From assembly GCF_902652985.1 (NCBI RefSeq), contig NC_047023.1, positions 30,566,001 to 30,630,000 of the forward strand: 64,000 nucleotides of DNA, in the 5' to 3' direction. Below the pieces are notes generated by a model. The model did not search any database, had not been told where the DNA came from, and was given only the letters and a program-made list of their open reading frames with translations. Numbering within the stretch: position 1 is the stretch's first letter; the number at the start of each line of letters is the position of its first letter. A program made the position numbers and the translations under genes. This DNA comes from Pecten maximus (lineage: Eukaryota). This document shows, piece after piece, positions 1 to 11,992 of the stretch.

Positions 1-166
1 TGAATCATGAAGCAACTCTAACATCTAAAGGTTTCACGCCAATAGTTATGTTACAAGGATTGGAATCCCATAACTTGTACTGTTTATTTGTACTGTACTG
101 TTAAACTGTCTTATCATTTTGTTCCTTGTGTCAGCTAACGGCGGTTGAGTTAGTTAAGTATATAGC

Positions 167-1610
167 ATGCCAGACAGACCTTCCCATTGTTACAACTATA
201 CCTACTCCGGTATTTACCTACCAAACAGATCTTCTCATTGGTACAACTATACAAACCCCGATATTTACCTACCAGACAGACCTTCCCATTGTTTCAACTA
301 TACCTACCCCGATATTTACCTACCAGACAGACCTTCCCATTGTTACAACTGTACCTACTCCGGTATTTACCTACCAGACAGACCTTACCATTGTTACAAC
401 TATACAAAAACCCCGATATTTACCTACCAGACAGACCTTCCCATTGTTTCAACTATACCTACCCCGATATTTACCTACCAGACAGACCTTCCCATTGTTT
501 CAACTATACCTACCCCGATATTTACCTACCAGACAGACCTTCCCATTGTTACAACTGTACCTACTCCGGTATTTACCTACCAGACAGACCTTCCCATTGT
601 TTCAAATGTACAAACCCCGGTATTTACCTACCAGACAGACCTTCCCATTGTTTCAACTATACTTACCCCGATATTTACCTACCAGACAGACCTTCCCATT
701 GTTACAACTGTACCTACTCCGGTATTTACCTACCAGACAGACCTTACCATTGTTTCAACTATACCTACCCCGATATTTACCTACCAGACAGACCTTCCCA
801 TTGTTTCAACTATACCTACCCCGATATTTACCTACCAGACAGACCTTCCCATTGTTACAACTATACCTACTCCGGTATTTACCTACCAGACAGACCTTCC
901 CATTGTTACAACTATACCTACCCCGATATTTACCTACCAGACAGACCTTCCCATTGTTACCTACCAGACAGACCTTACCATTGTTACCTACCAGACAGAC
1001 CTTCCCATTGTTACAACTATACCTACCCCGGTATTTACCTACCAGATAGACCTTCCCATTGTTACCTACCAGACAGACCTTCCCATTGTTTCAACTATAC
1101 CTACCCCGATATTTACCTACCAGACAGACCTTCCCATTGTTACAACTATACCTACTCCGGTATTTACCTACCAGACAGACCTTCCCATTGTTACAACTAT
1201 ACCTACCCCGGTATTTACCTACCAGATAGACCTTCCCATTGTAACCTACCAGACAGACCTTCCCATTGTTACAACTATACCTACCCCGATATTTACCTAC
1301 CAGACAGACCTTCCCATTGTTACCTACCAGACAGACCTTCCCATTGTTACCTACCAGACAGACCTTCCCATTGTTACCTACCAGACAGACCTTCCCATTG
1401 TTACAACTATACCTACCCCGGTATTTACCTACCAGACAGACCTTCCCATTGTTACCTACCAGACAGACCTTCCCATTGTTACAACTATACCTACCCCGAT
1501 ATTTACCTACCAGACAGACCTTCCCATTGTTACAACTATACCTACCCCGGTATTTACCTACCAGATAGACCTTCCCATTGTTACCTACCAGACAGACCTT
1601 CCCATTGTTG
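167..1610. repeat. Minisatellite of 51-bp units (ACCTACCAGACAGACCTTCCCATTGTTACAACTATACCTACCCCGATATTT) mixed with 27-bp sub-units
   Basis: Directly visible tandem array. The 27-bp units (ACCTACCAGACAGACCTTCCCATTGTT) appear only from about 940 rightwards. It accounts for ORFs 126..1049, 167..1717, 187..1614 and 1266..1568. Confidence 0.97.
1589..1610 (-). other. Putative start-codon micro-exon of a minus-strand gene continuing left of the window
   Basis: Minus strand reads cctaat-tttactttcttacttctAG|CAACA ATG GGA AGG TCT GTC TG|GTAGGT: branch point, pyrimidine tract, acceptor, Kozak-like ATG (1605-1603) and donor. No downstream exon is visible in the window. Confidence 0.4.
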
Positions 1611-4600
1611 CTAGAAGTAAGAAAGTAAAATTAGGCTGTTGTATATTTTTCATACAATATCGAATCTTACACAATTCATATTTATATATTCATATATACC
1701 ATCCGTCAAAAGTCTGAGGTAATAATTCTATCTTTTTAAATGAAGATGTGTAGATAAATTATTGCTTTCCCCAGAAATGTTATCGTTCTCCGCCGTTTAT
1801 CTTTCATTTTGGTCTTTCGATCTAAGTAATTATTATTGTATCGATTTCATTATTTTCCACTTGTTTATATTAATAAGATGTATTTCTATATTTGTTTGTG
1901 TTAATTAGATATATTTAAGTGGAAGTTACTTGATGTATTTTGTTTGTGAAAAGCAGTGTATATGCTGTCGGCGATGTGTCATCTTTCACCAATAAATTCC
2001 TTTTTATTAATTCATATTATCTTTTCATTACAATAGATAGATGGTATGAACATTGAACAGGTCATAAGGTACACTGATATATTTTAATCAGTTGAATACT
2101 TATTGTAATGTTAATTAACTCACATTTATCTGTTTCCTTCAAATCACCTTTAGCGAAATTCTCAAGAATCATTTCACTTACAAAAACATTTCAAACAAAT
2201 GCATAATGCATACAAATACTCTTAAAGCGTTTAACTATAACACATTTTGGCTTAATTCTGACCTTAAATCGCGAAATCAAGAAATGCTCCTTCATATTTC
2301 ATTGTGTCCAGGATGCACTACTTTGACGACATATGCTCAATAAATCTATATAATTCCAAGACCCCAAGGAGACAACCGACGCTGCAATAAAGAAAACTAG
2401 CATCAAGAACTTTGAACTTCATATCACACCTTATAATGTAATATTTCACAAATTATCTATAAAAAATATAAATAAAGAATACTATCATAATAACGAAACC
2501 ATAATACAAACTCAAACTCGATTAAACGATGCCAAAATATAAACAAAAAATAAATTTGCATGGTGTCTCCTACAAAAGTACACAATAATAATACCAACTG
2601 GTCCGGAAGAGGTAGCGTCTTCTGCTTCATGAACAACACTTGCAAGTGTCGTCGATGAGGCAAAAGACGCTTGCTTTCTCGGAACACGGTGTCTTAATCT
2701 CCTTGGACTCCATTCTATGACTATCTGTCGCGATGGATATCAAACAACAACATCTATCCATGTATTAATACGTCGATTGTCATTGAATTGATTAAGATAT
2801 TTTTGTTTTTTTTAACCAGTTGAAGCTGTTAACTTGATTACGATTACAATTGAGCTAAATAGAATTTCTTCTAGCCGCTTTAAAAAATGTATTCAAAAAA
2901 AAATAATATACTGTCTAATGGAAAGAGATATTTTACATTTCTTTATATTGATTTTTTTTCATTAGTCCTAAAACAAAGATGACTGTCCTTTTTAAACACA
3001 TGTTTCTGTTCCCCTTTCAAGGGTTGGAATGTATCTTGTGTCATGTTTTGTTTTATAAACGAAAGCCTTTTTATTAATCTAAGTTTGTTAACACATTGAA
3101 TCTCTCTGATATAAAATCCTACGACAGATTTTCTAAATTATTTATTCAGCATATAAACACTTTAACTATCATATGGCACTTATCTCTCTGACGTAGTTGA
3201 GAAATGTATTCATGCATGTTTTCATTTTTCGTGCAGAATATTATCTTTAACATATGCAAAAGCGATGAAAGCTACAAACTTTCTGCTGTCCCAGTTGTCG
3301 GATTTGGTATTTCTATGTGCCCCTTCCAAACTTTGAGGTCAATTACTCCAAAAGCACCTGTCTTGGTATCAGCTGAGATTGTCCGAGGATATCATAGTCC
3401 GTGAAAAACAAATAAATTATCGCGAGTATCAAAAGATGAATGGTCGGATAGAGAAGTGTGAAATAAGACATATCTAAAACGGCTGAATTCAGGCACACAG
3501 CACGTCCTTTTTCAGAAAAAAAAAAACCAATATCTTCTGACACACCATTAGGGAACAACCAAGCAATCGGGAAAATATAGACTTTTGAAACATCCCCTGT
3601 GTATAGAAAGTTGAGCCAGAGAAAAAATGTCTGGCAGCCACTGATTGGCCAGTATGTTATGAAGTAACAAAATAGATATGTAGCCTGATAGGTAACTATC
3701 CATAAGAAATGTTGAAATATTTTTTTTATAAGTCCGATTGAATTTTCCCCCAAAAGTTCAGGTAATACTAATTAACAGGTAAACATTTCAGATTTCTGAG
3801 AATTTTTACTGCGAAATTCACCCATTTTCAAAATGGCTACATGGAAAAAAAATCGAGCTGAAGGATCCATCTTTTTTGTTTGATTACGTGTTATATGATA
3901 CCCTAAACGTTTGTTATAAACCATAATTGCCATATTGAATTCAGGAATTTTAATGATATACTCCAAAACGTTAACACTGAAGTCTATGGAAAAACAATTG
4001 GTTGGTTGGTCCCTTGACTAAGTCTGGCAATGAAAGTGGTAAAAACCAGTATCATCGTTTCATGTATTCTAGTGTATTTAAGAAACCGTGTCCTGATTTA
4101 TTGCTTAACAAAATTAAAACATGTAAACCGTCCATAAAATTTGATTCGTATATAACATCAGATGCACAAATTCACATATTTGTCCGTTTTGGATTGTCGT
4201 CTGTGCACGTTTATGTAAATTGGGATAGCACGCCGCTGCTTGATTTCGGGGTGCTTATATTCGATACATCGGTTTAAAACCTCTTTTTATCGTTCATGTG
4301 GCAGTTTCATGATGTTTGTTTATTGATTTAGCCTCGTCATACCGACATCCATTAGTTATAACGTGAGATGTTATATTCGCTTTAAACTGCTATAAAATCA
4401 GGACAAAATAAGACTCAACGAATGAACGTTTTACTTGTATAATACATATAAATGATTAAACAAAGAATACAGAAATTGTCATGTTCATGTTATCAATTTG
4501 GGGAATGAAATGGAAAAATAAATAAGTGAAATCGATAATTACACCATCACTAAAACGTACGATTCTACTGTATTTCCCCGCCGTCTTGTGTAATAAAGAA

Positions 4601-4654
4601 CAGGATTTTATGTTATAATTATCACCGATGAAGAAGACCAGGTTTATCTACCGT

Positions 4655-6256
4655 TTACACAAACAACTCTCTCGAAATGGCAGCCAATATGTTGATGTAC
4701 CTCTGAAAAATCAAATTAAAACTGTTTAATGTATACATGTATATACCATATATAATCTATAGAATGACAAAATGTAATTAAAGTGTCATTTAACGTTTTA
4801 TAGTGTCATAATGTAGTTATAGTTCGATGTCAAATTATTACATGTAACTAGTACATGTTCTTACCGATTGTGTGTTGTTGTTACAGTTCCGAGGAGGAGA
4901 AAACACATCCGGGTTCTTTAAACCAGTATTATCCAAGAACTCGTAGTTAATGGCAAACGTTCCATACGCAATCTGGCTTTGGTCGCGGATCAACAAACGG
5001 ACTGGAGGACAAACATCGCCTATAATAAGAATAGAATGAAGACATATCGCCCAATATTCTATTTCAAGAGAGAAAGACATGAGAAAACTTTAAACAGCTT
5101 CATCCAATGAAAAGGGAAAATGGCTTTCATCGCTACCCACCGACTTTGACATCCATTGTAATTGCCAGTTTTCCCAGTGGTCCTCCGTCCTTTTTCACCC
5201 ATTGGTACTGTCCAACGATTTCTTTAAACCCGCCTATGCCTCCGAAATATTCTGGTGAAGCGTCAGCTAAAATTCAAATAGATCATTATTCTTGTTATTG
5301 ATGTTTTCTGTCTAACAAGAATAACATAGTTTACATATATCATGTATTATTCAAAATTGATCCTGTCAAATTTGTAACTATTTATCTGGATTTATGTCCC
5401 TTTGATCCAAAGTTAGTAGTAACTTCAGTGTAGTACTTACTCATACATCCTTTATACATATTTCGAAAGGGATCACTTACCTGCTTCATTAAATTTTATA
5501 TTCTGACCCCAGGTGTCATCCTCTTCGTCTCCCCTACATCGGTATTCCCAGAATTTACGCTCTTAACTTACCTGGTATACCTTCCCATTGGTCCCAGAAG
5601 GAACTAACACCATCCTCTCTTTCACAGCTATGATCGGAGTTGTCAATTGTGTAAAAGGCTGGCTATTTACAGAAAATTACAGAAAAAGCTTTTTATAACC
5701 AAAGTGAATTTTTGAAGGTAATTCGAACTGTTTGCTAGAGACTTGCCCATATGGCAAAGCAGCCACAACTTAACTTTATACATATTTGTTTGTACATTCC
5801 GTACTTTGTTTTGAATACCAATGAGAATAATAAGAGGTAATACTTCGATTTTTGGTGGCTCACCATTCATGTTTTCTAATACTTTCAAAACAATAATCTG
5901 TTATATAGAAATGGTTATATCAAATAAATATTGAATTGTAAGTCAACAATTTTAAGTTGACAATGCATTTAACATACCTCGTTAAACTTCCATATGAGAC
6001 TGAAGTCTACTGAAGAATTGTCCGCTCGCTCTACTCCAGTGAAGTCAAATCTCATCTGTTGGTTGGTATAGTCATAATAAAACATCCCTGATCCATTGAT
6101 CTGATTGATAGCCACGACCATCATCTCAAAGTCAAAGAACACATTACTTTGCCACTGAGTTGGAAATTTACACTGCAGCTTTTTCGGTTTTGCATCCACA
6201 AATAGTAATGAAATGATACCACAAGAAATCGGTATGATGAAGTTCATTGCTTTCAT
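4655..6256 (-). CDS. Ependymin-related protein (EPDR family), paralogue A, about 232 aa, secreted; exons 6256-5978, 5662-5572, 5266-5141, 5019-4865, 4702-4655
   Basis: All introns are GT-AG with phases 0,1,1,0 and the frame is continuous. It has a signal peptide, the ependymin motifs CxFPxQWQ, YYDYxNQQMR, YTIDxxxxxC, CPPV and NPDVFSPPRNC, and four Cys in the mature chain. The last exon (RYINILAAISRELFV*) is the least certain. Confidence 0.88.
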
Positions 6257-7839
6257 GTTGACATAGATATATGTCTAAGAGATTAATACTAAAGATTGAA
6301 TATCAACGGCATCCTGTGGCTGTTTATCAAGATTTCATCTAAAAATATTTTGATCATGTTTGAGTTTATGAAAGATTACAAACATGTCATGTGTACCTAC
6401 CCTAAACCTTGAAGTGAACAGGACCTATATAACGACCTTGACCGCTATCTGTATCTACATAATTATCACTGATATATCGAGTGTAAAATTAACTGAAGTA
6501 TGTATCATATCTAGCAAAAGTTATTATCATTGAGTCAACACGTCATTTAGTTATTCATCGGAAAATAAAATGTCTATACTGTTGGAAGTTATACATGCAT
6601 AAAAATCCCTCCAGAACGGCTTCGCGTCTATACAGCCTAATTGATACAGGCAAATATATGTATATATCAAACAATTGTTCAAATAACCATTCCTAAAGTT
6701 AGAATGATATCATGTTGTAATTTAACAATATCAGAAAATTACATTTTCCTTACTTTACATATTTTACCAAATTTAACCGTATTCCTAAACATGTGTCAAC
6801 TAATGACATCTTGATAACACGATCATAGTTATCATTTGGTACTTCGTGACATTTACTATTGTTAATTATATCTAATGGAGGTTACTTAAATATGTATCTT
6901 TATTATTGACAAGGCATTTTGCTAAAACCAATCGAAACTCTGCTGCAGTTTAATGGCCTATATATCTGTGTTAATACTATCGCTTATACTTTCACATATA
7001 TTCGAATAATATATTCCGGAGTAATTTGACAGCGTTTTCCTATTCCCTGTCCGTTATCAGATTGATTCTCGATCAATATATTCCCAGAGTTGTCGCTCCT
7101 TATACACATTAACTCCTCCACCAGTGGCTAAAATCCAAACTTCACGTTAAAATTATTTTACTTATTCTATTTATACATCAAATCGATTTACAGATTTTAT
7201 TTTTTTTCTCTGAAAGACATTTTAAGGCATCAGAACCAAGGCGGCAACGTTTCTCTTTTTTCTGTCACATGATTTCGAGTGTGGCTAATATAACTTTATC
7301 TAGTATTCCTTGTAACATGATGTATTGCGTGGATGATATTTTGTCAAAAATACGTCGAATATTTTATCAGTTCCACAGTGTACCCATGAAGGGTACCACC
7401 ATATTGCCATACTCACTCTTGAATTAAATTCGTTATTACTGGACTATTTAAGATCCTCTTAACATTATAACCGGCGAATGCTTTCATCATTTGTTTTTGT
7501 TCTGTAGCAACTGTGTTCATCTGAGGATTCTCTTCTAAAGAATGTCAACAGCTTGATAAGATAATATTAGTCCTGAAACAACATCTATCACCAACAGAAG
7601 TAAATACATTTATGACTGGTTAACTGGCAGTATTACGGTAAAGTGGGAGATGACTCATTGTCGAATTTGAGGTAAGCGTACAAATAAAAATCAAATCAAT
7701 AATTCATTTTTATTTTATTGTTTTTGAGATAAGAGATAACAAATACCCTAAATACAGTATTGAGAAAATTAAATTAATCGTGTTCACAAACTTCGCAATT
7801 GTCCTTCTGTTGTGTTTTAGTGCTTCTTCTTCCACGTGA

Positions 7840-9901
7840 CTATCCCATAAAGAGTCGGAGAAATCGTGACCTTGGATTTTTTCTCCTGATTTGGTTGTAC
7901 TAGAATGAAATATATAAAAACATTACATATGGCCAAGACTAAATTTACAATGTATAATAATTTTCAGTTTTTAACATATATGCTCAAAGATGCGTACCTG
8001 AAAAAAAAGATGTTACCCTAATTTACCTTTGTCGATGTTGCTTTAGCACAACTTGAGGGCAGGATAAACACACTGGGGTCTGAAAGATCCTGTGGATCAA
8101 GAAACTCGTAGTTGACTATCACTCCGCTTGCAGGATCGTAATCTTTGTCTTGGATTATATAACGAACAGGTGGACAGACGTATCCTGTAAGTATTAAATA
8201 GCGATGTGTTGAAAACTGATGATATTAGATGTTATACAGACAGTGGTTAATTTGTTTAAAAGGACACTTACCTGCTCTAACATCGAGTGTTAAGATGACG
8301 TCGGCGTAAGGTTCTTTCCTGATCAACGTGAAGTGTTCTGTGTTCTCCTGGAAGTCCCCCACGCCGCCATGCCAATCCGAGTGGGCGTCCACTATAGATA
8401 TACCAGTGTGGAATTTTATTATCACTATTATTATTGTACAAATGACTCACAAGATGTTAGCATCCCAAAAATCAAGAGTTGGAAGCAGTAAAGCCTTTTA
8501 TACATAAACAATAGATGTGTCTTTATTGATGATATAGTTCTAAACTGTTGATACCCAGGAAGTGACATATGGAACAAAGAAAAGGTCGAAAGGTCACCAT
8601 CTGGATGAGGAGATTAAAACTAATACATTTCATGATTTTTTAACCAAATGATTAGAACATATTTATAATTGATTTTGCATTTTAAATTACCAAATTAGAT
8701 TTTGTGTTTTGCATCATCTTTATGTACCAAATTAATCTAAAAATGCACACTACTATAAGGTTATGTGTTAGTGACATATACAGTCTATATTGACATACAT
8801 ATGGACATAATAATGTCTCAACTTCTATTTCGAATGAATATGATGTGTGCCGTTGTAATATTCATTAGTAACTGTATGCCCATCACATAATGTCCGCGTT
8901 ATATTATACGCCTAACCTTATACGCACATGGTACGCCGTTCCAGGGATTCCATATATAGTCACTGTCCTTGTCCTTGTCACATGTATGGTTGTTGTTATC
9001 GATACTATAAACTGTGCTCTGTCGTACACAAATAAAGGACATCATAGAAAGTGACCATTAGGGATTAATTCCACAAACGATTTATTAAAGAAAACTACTT
9101 TATGTGGAACGCAAAAGTTATCTCAGATTATAAAATACAAGGAAACTATCAATTTATATAGTACTCTTTATAACATGTGACAGCTATGATGTTCTATATA
9201 TTTATATACCAAGCGCATGGTATGCTTGTAACAACATTATAAGTAAGTAATTTCACAAAGAAAGTACTACGTTAAAAAACGTTGACGTAAAACCCTATCA
9301 ATTAGTTCTATATGTGCACGTTGGTTATATCTGGTATATCATCTTTTATATAAAAAGGCATACATGATGAAACTTGAAGCAGGTATTGGCCCTATTCTGA
9401 TATAGGAGACTAATCAATCGCATTCCCTAGTCTTGGTGAAAATTGTTTGAGATTGAAATAATATCAATTTAGACATATATGATATAATATTTCGAAGAGG
9501 ACATGCCACAAGTACTGTATGGTTTTTTTTTTAAACATTATGCATAAAACCTATTTAAATGTTAGAAACATACACGACTACCTACTTTTCAGTTATATAC
9601 AGCATGTTAAATCCGTATTTACCTCATTAAAATGCCATATGTAAGTATTTGAAAAGGTTACGTTGCCTAGAGACGCCGTGCCATTGAGGTCAAGTCTCAT
9701 CTGTTGACTGGGGTAGTCATAGTAGTATGTTCCTGTAGCGTTCATCAGTTCAGGTATTGACATGATCAGCTCACCAGAATCAAAGAAAACCCGGCTCTGC
9801 CATGAAGGCGGGAATGTACAATGTACTCCAATATCATTCTCCAGTATTGCCGAGGCAAACGAAAAGATCAACAGAAACGTCAACGATTTGAAGACATCCA
9901 T
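7840..9901 (-). CDS. Ependymin-related protein (EPDR family), paralogue B, about 235 aa, secreted; exons 9901-9623, 9018-8928, 8391-8272, 8184-8027, 7899-7840
   Basis: GT-AG introns with exon sizes 279/91/120/158/60 matching the neighbouring paralogues. Motifs CTFPPSWQ, YYDYPSQQMR, YSIDNNNHTC, CPPV and DPSVFILPSSC are present. The tail is YNQIRRKNPRSRFLRLFMG*. Confidence 0.9.
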
Positions 9902-10659
9902 ATTTGTATGATATCTGAAGGGTTCAGAGTATCAACTGTTACATTATCTATATCGCTACGTCATATATAGGATTTATGTTATTATTATCGGAAACATTGT
10001 GACATTTACTGGTATACATATACATGTAATTGATTTGAGACATCGTTTGACGTGAAAGTGTTATATACGTCGTTTAACCGAGAAAACCTAAATGATGGGA
10101 TGATTAGATATAATTGTATTAGCAATGGCAGCTGCAATCCACATATCCTTTCATATTCGATGACGTAATAGCTAAACTATAAATAACATTGTGACTAGAC
10201 TTGTACTTTGAGTGACATTTCCATCAAAACCGTGGCTTTAAATGAATGTACATCAGCAAATCTGTAGAAGACAAGCATTAACATTGTTAGCAGCAATCCT
10301 TGGTAGACAATCCGTTCTTGTGGCACCAATCCCTGTTTTTGAAGAAATGGTCTACCTTAAGATATGTCATATGAGCCCATTTCTATTTTTATTATCAGTA
10401 CAATTAGCTTTCATTTCTAATTTACATCTTGCTCGATAACTCGTTTGAGTGGTATAATACCTGTTTCGCTACCAAACCTTCACGGTGTCCCATCAGGCTA
10501 TAGTATTTGTATGTTATGTACCAATTGAAGGTTAAAATATATTGAAATGAAATGAAACGTAAAAGGACAGTCATATTAACAAACTTGATAGCCATTCTTC
10601 ATTGCAGTAAATCACTGATTCGATTTCTAGCCTTTATTTGCATGGTTACGGAGTCGTTT

Positions 10660-11003
10660 AGAGATTTATGTCTCACATTTTACCCCTGTGACATATTTCA
10701 AGGTCATTGATTTGAACAAATTTTGTAGCTCTTCACTCCAGTATATAATCGGTCTAATATCCTGACCATGACCCTCTTGACTAATGAAAATGAGGCCAAA
10801 TCCTTGAAATAAGTCAACTTGATCATTTAAAAATGCTACTTGCCCAATACCATGATACTGGGCCTTTCTGTTATTGAGAAGTAAATGTAAAATTGGAAAA
10901 GTTGACGCCGGGCATATGGATGGACGATTGGTGAACGGGCGGACAGACGATGGAAGTCGCATCACGTCATAGCCCAGGTTGTCCTGCGAGCACATGGGCT
11001 AAT
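10660..11003 (+). mobile_element. Truncated non-autonomous Helentron-associated (HINE/CvA/pearl-like) element
   Basis: Core segment containing CAAGGTCA, then a degenerate (GGAC)n tract at about 10915-10952, then a terminal hairpin AGCCCA...TGGGCT. This layout is typical of bivalve HINE-type elements; recognised by pattern only. Confidence 0.55.
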
Positions 11004-11534
11004 TGTTGACCTTTATAAAAGTGTAATTAAAAAGCACAACGTATCTTAATTATATTGCAATCCATTGTCATGCAGCTCATGTTCTCCGAGAACAGTCATC
11101 TTTAATCTACCATTAAGACTTTCTCTTGACAGAAGTCCATGGCCTAGTGACATTTATCTCTTTTTAATTAGATAGCATTATTAAAGCGACTTCGTTCAGC
11201 GATCAGCAATACTTGGTGGACCGTTGATAACGAAAGACGCAAGACAATAAGACTCTTTCAGTGTGTATGTTGGATAGGGAATATTCCACCCGAGGGGTCA
11301 CAAAATATGGTAAAACCTTGGCGAGGGTTTTTATAATATGAATTGAACGTATTCTGCTAAAATCTGCCCTGATATCAAGTTCCAATTATGTTATTAAAAA
11401 ATCCATTAAAAAGAACATAGTTTAGTTTGGTGATATAAAAGTTTTTTCGAATCACACAATGGCAGTCTGTATGATAGTGAGTTGATAAAGTTTTGAGTAC
11501 AGTAGACATGCTAAAAAACACTCTACGGATTAAC

Positions 11535-11759
11535 ATCTATATAAAACATATTCTGGAACATTTTCTTCGGGTTGGTAAAGTAAATATGATACAAATAATA
11601 TCACACAACCAATATGAGTGACGTTTCGATGACTACACTGTTACCTTTAACATACTAATCAATTACTGTGATGAAAATGACAGTGTAGTCATCGAAACGC
11701 CACACTCTTAAATATCATATTGGTTGTGTCATATAACTTTTATCATATCTATATAAAAC
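11535..11759. mobile_element. About 200-bp insertion with a long internal palindrome and 13-bp flanking direct repeats (Penelope-like remnant?)
   Basis: ATCTATATAAAAC occurs at 11535-11547 and 11747-11759. The inverted arms are ACACAACCAATATGA..GTGACGTTTCGATGACTACACTGT and ACAGTGTAGTCATCGAAACGCCAC..TCATATTGGTTGTGT. Confidence 0.6.
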
Positions 11760-11992
11760 GCTGGTGCCATATTTTTCTGTGAAACGATTTGGGAAATATG
11801 TTGAGTATTATGAAACCAAATGAATTTCTTTATTTGAGCAAAATAAAGTAAGTATAGACATTTGATGATCATATTGAACACGTATTCTGCAATTTACGCT
11901 TCACATGTATCACAGTATAAGAAAACAAAGAATCTGTGTAACCAGTTTGTTTATTAAGTTAAGAAAAAGAAATATTCATTTCAGTGAAGCAA

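Noticed and set aside
126-1717. Long Thr/Pro-rich mucin-like ORFs in all three plus frames
   Set aside because: They result from stop-free 51/27-bp units. The same peptide switches frame at an extra A near 406-410, and there is no signal peptide or non-repetitive domain.
3395-4020. Possible DNA transposon with TAGTC...GACTA ends
   Set aside because: Only 5 bp of inverted match and no TSD; it cannot be supported without a repeat library.
7971-8026. Nearby acceptor (ttttttttcag at 8000-7998) as the last exon of EPDR paralogue B
   Set aside because: It would need a 29-nt intron. The acceptor before 7899 gives a 60-nt exon matching paralogue C in length and ending (F-x-G-stop).
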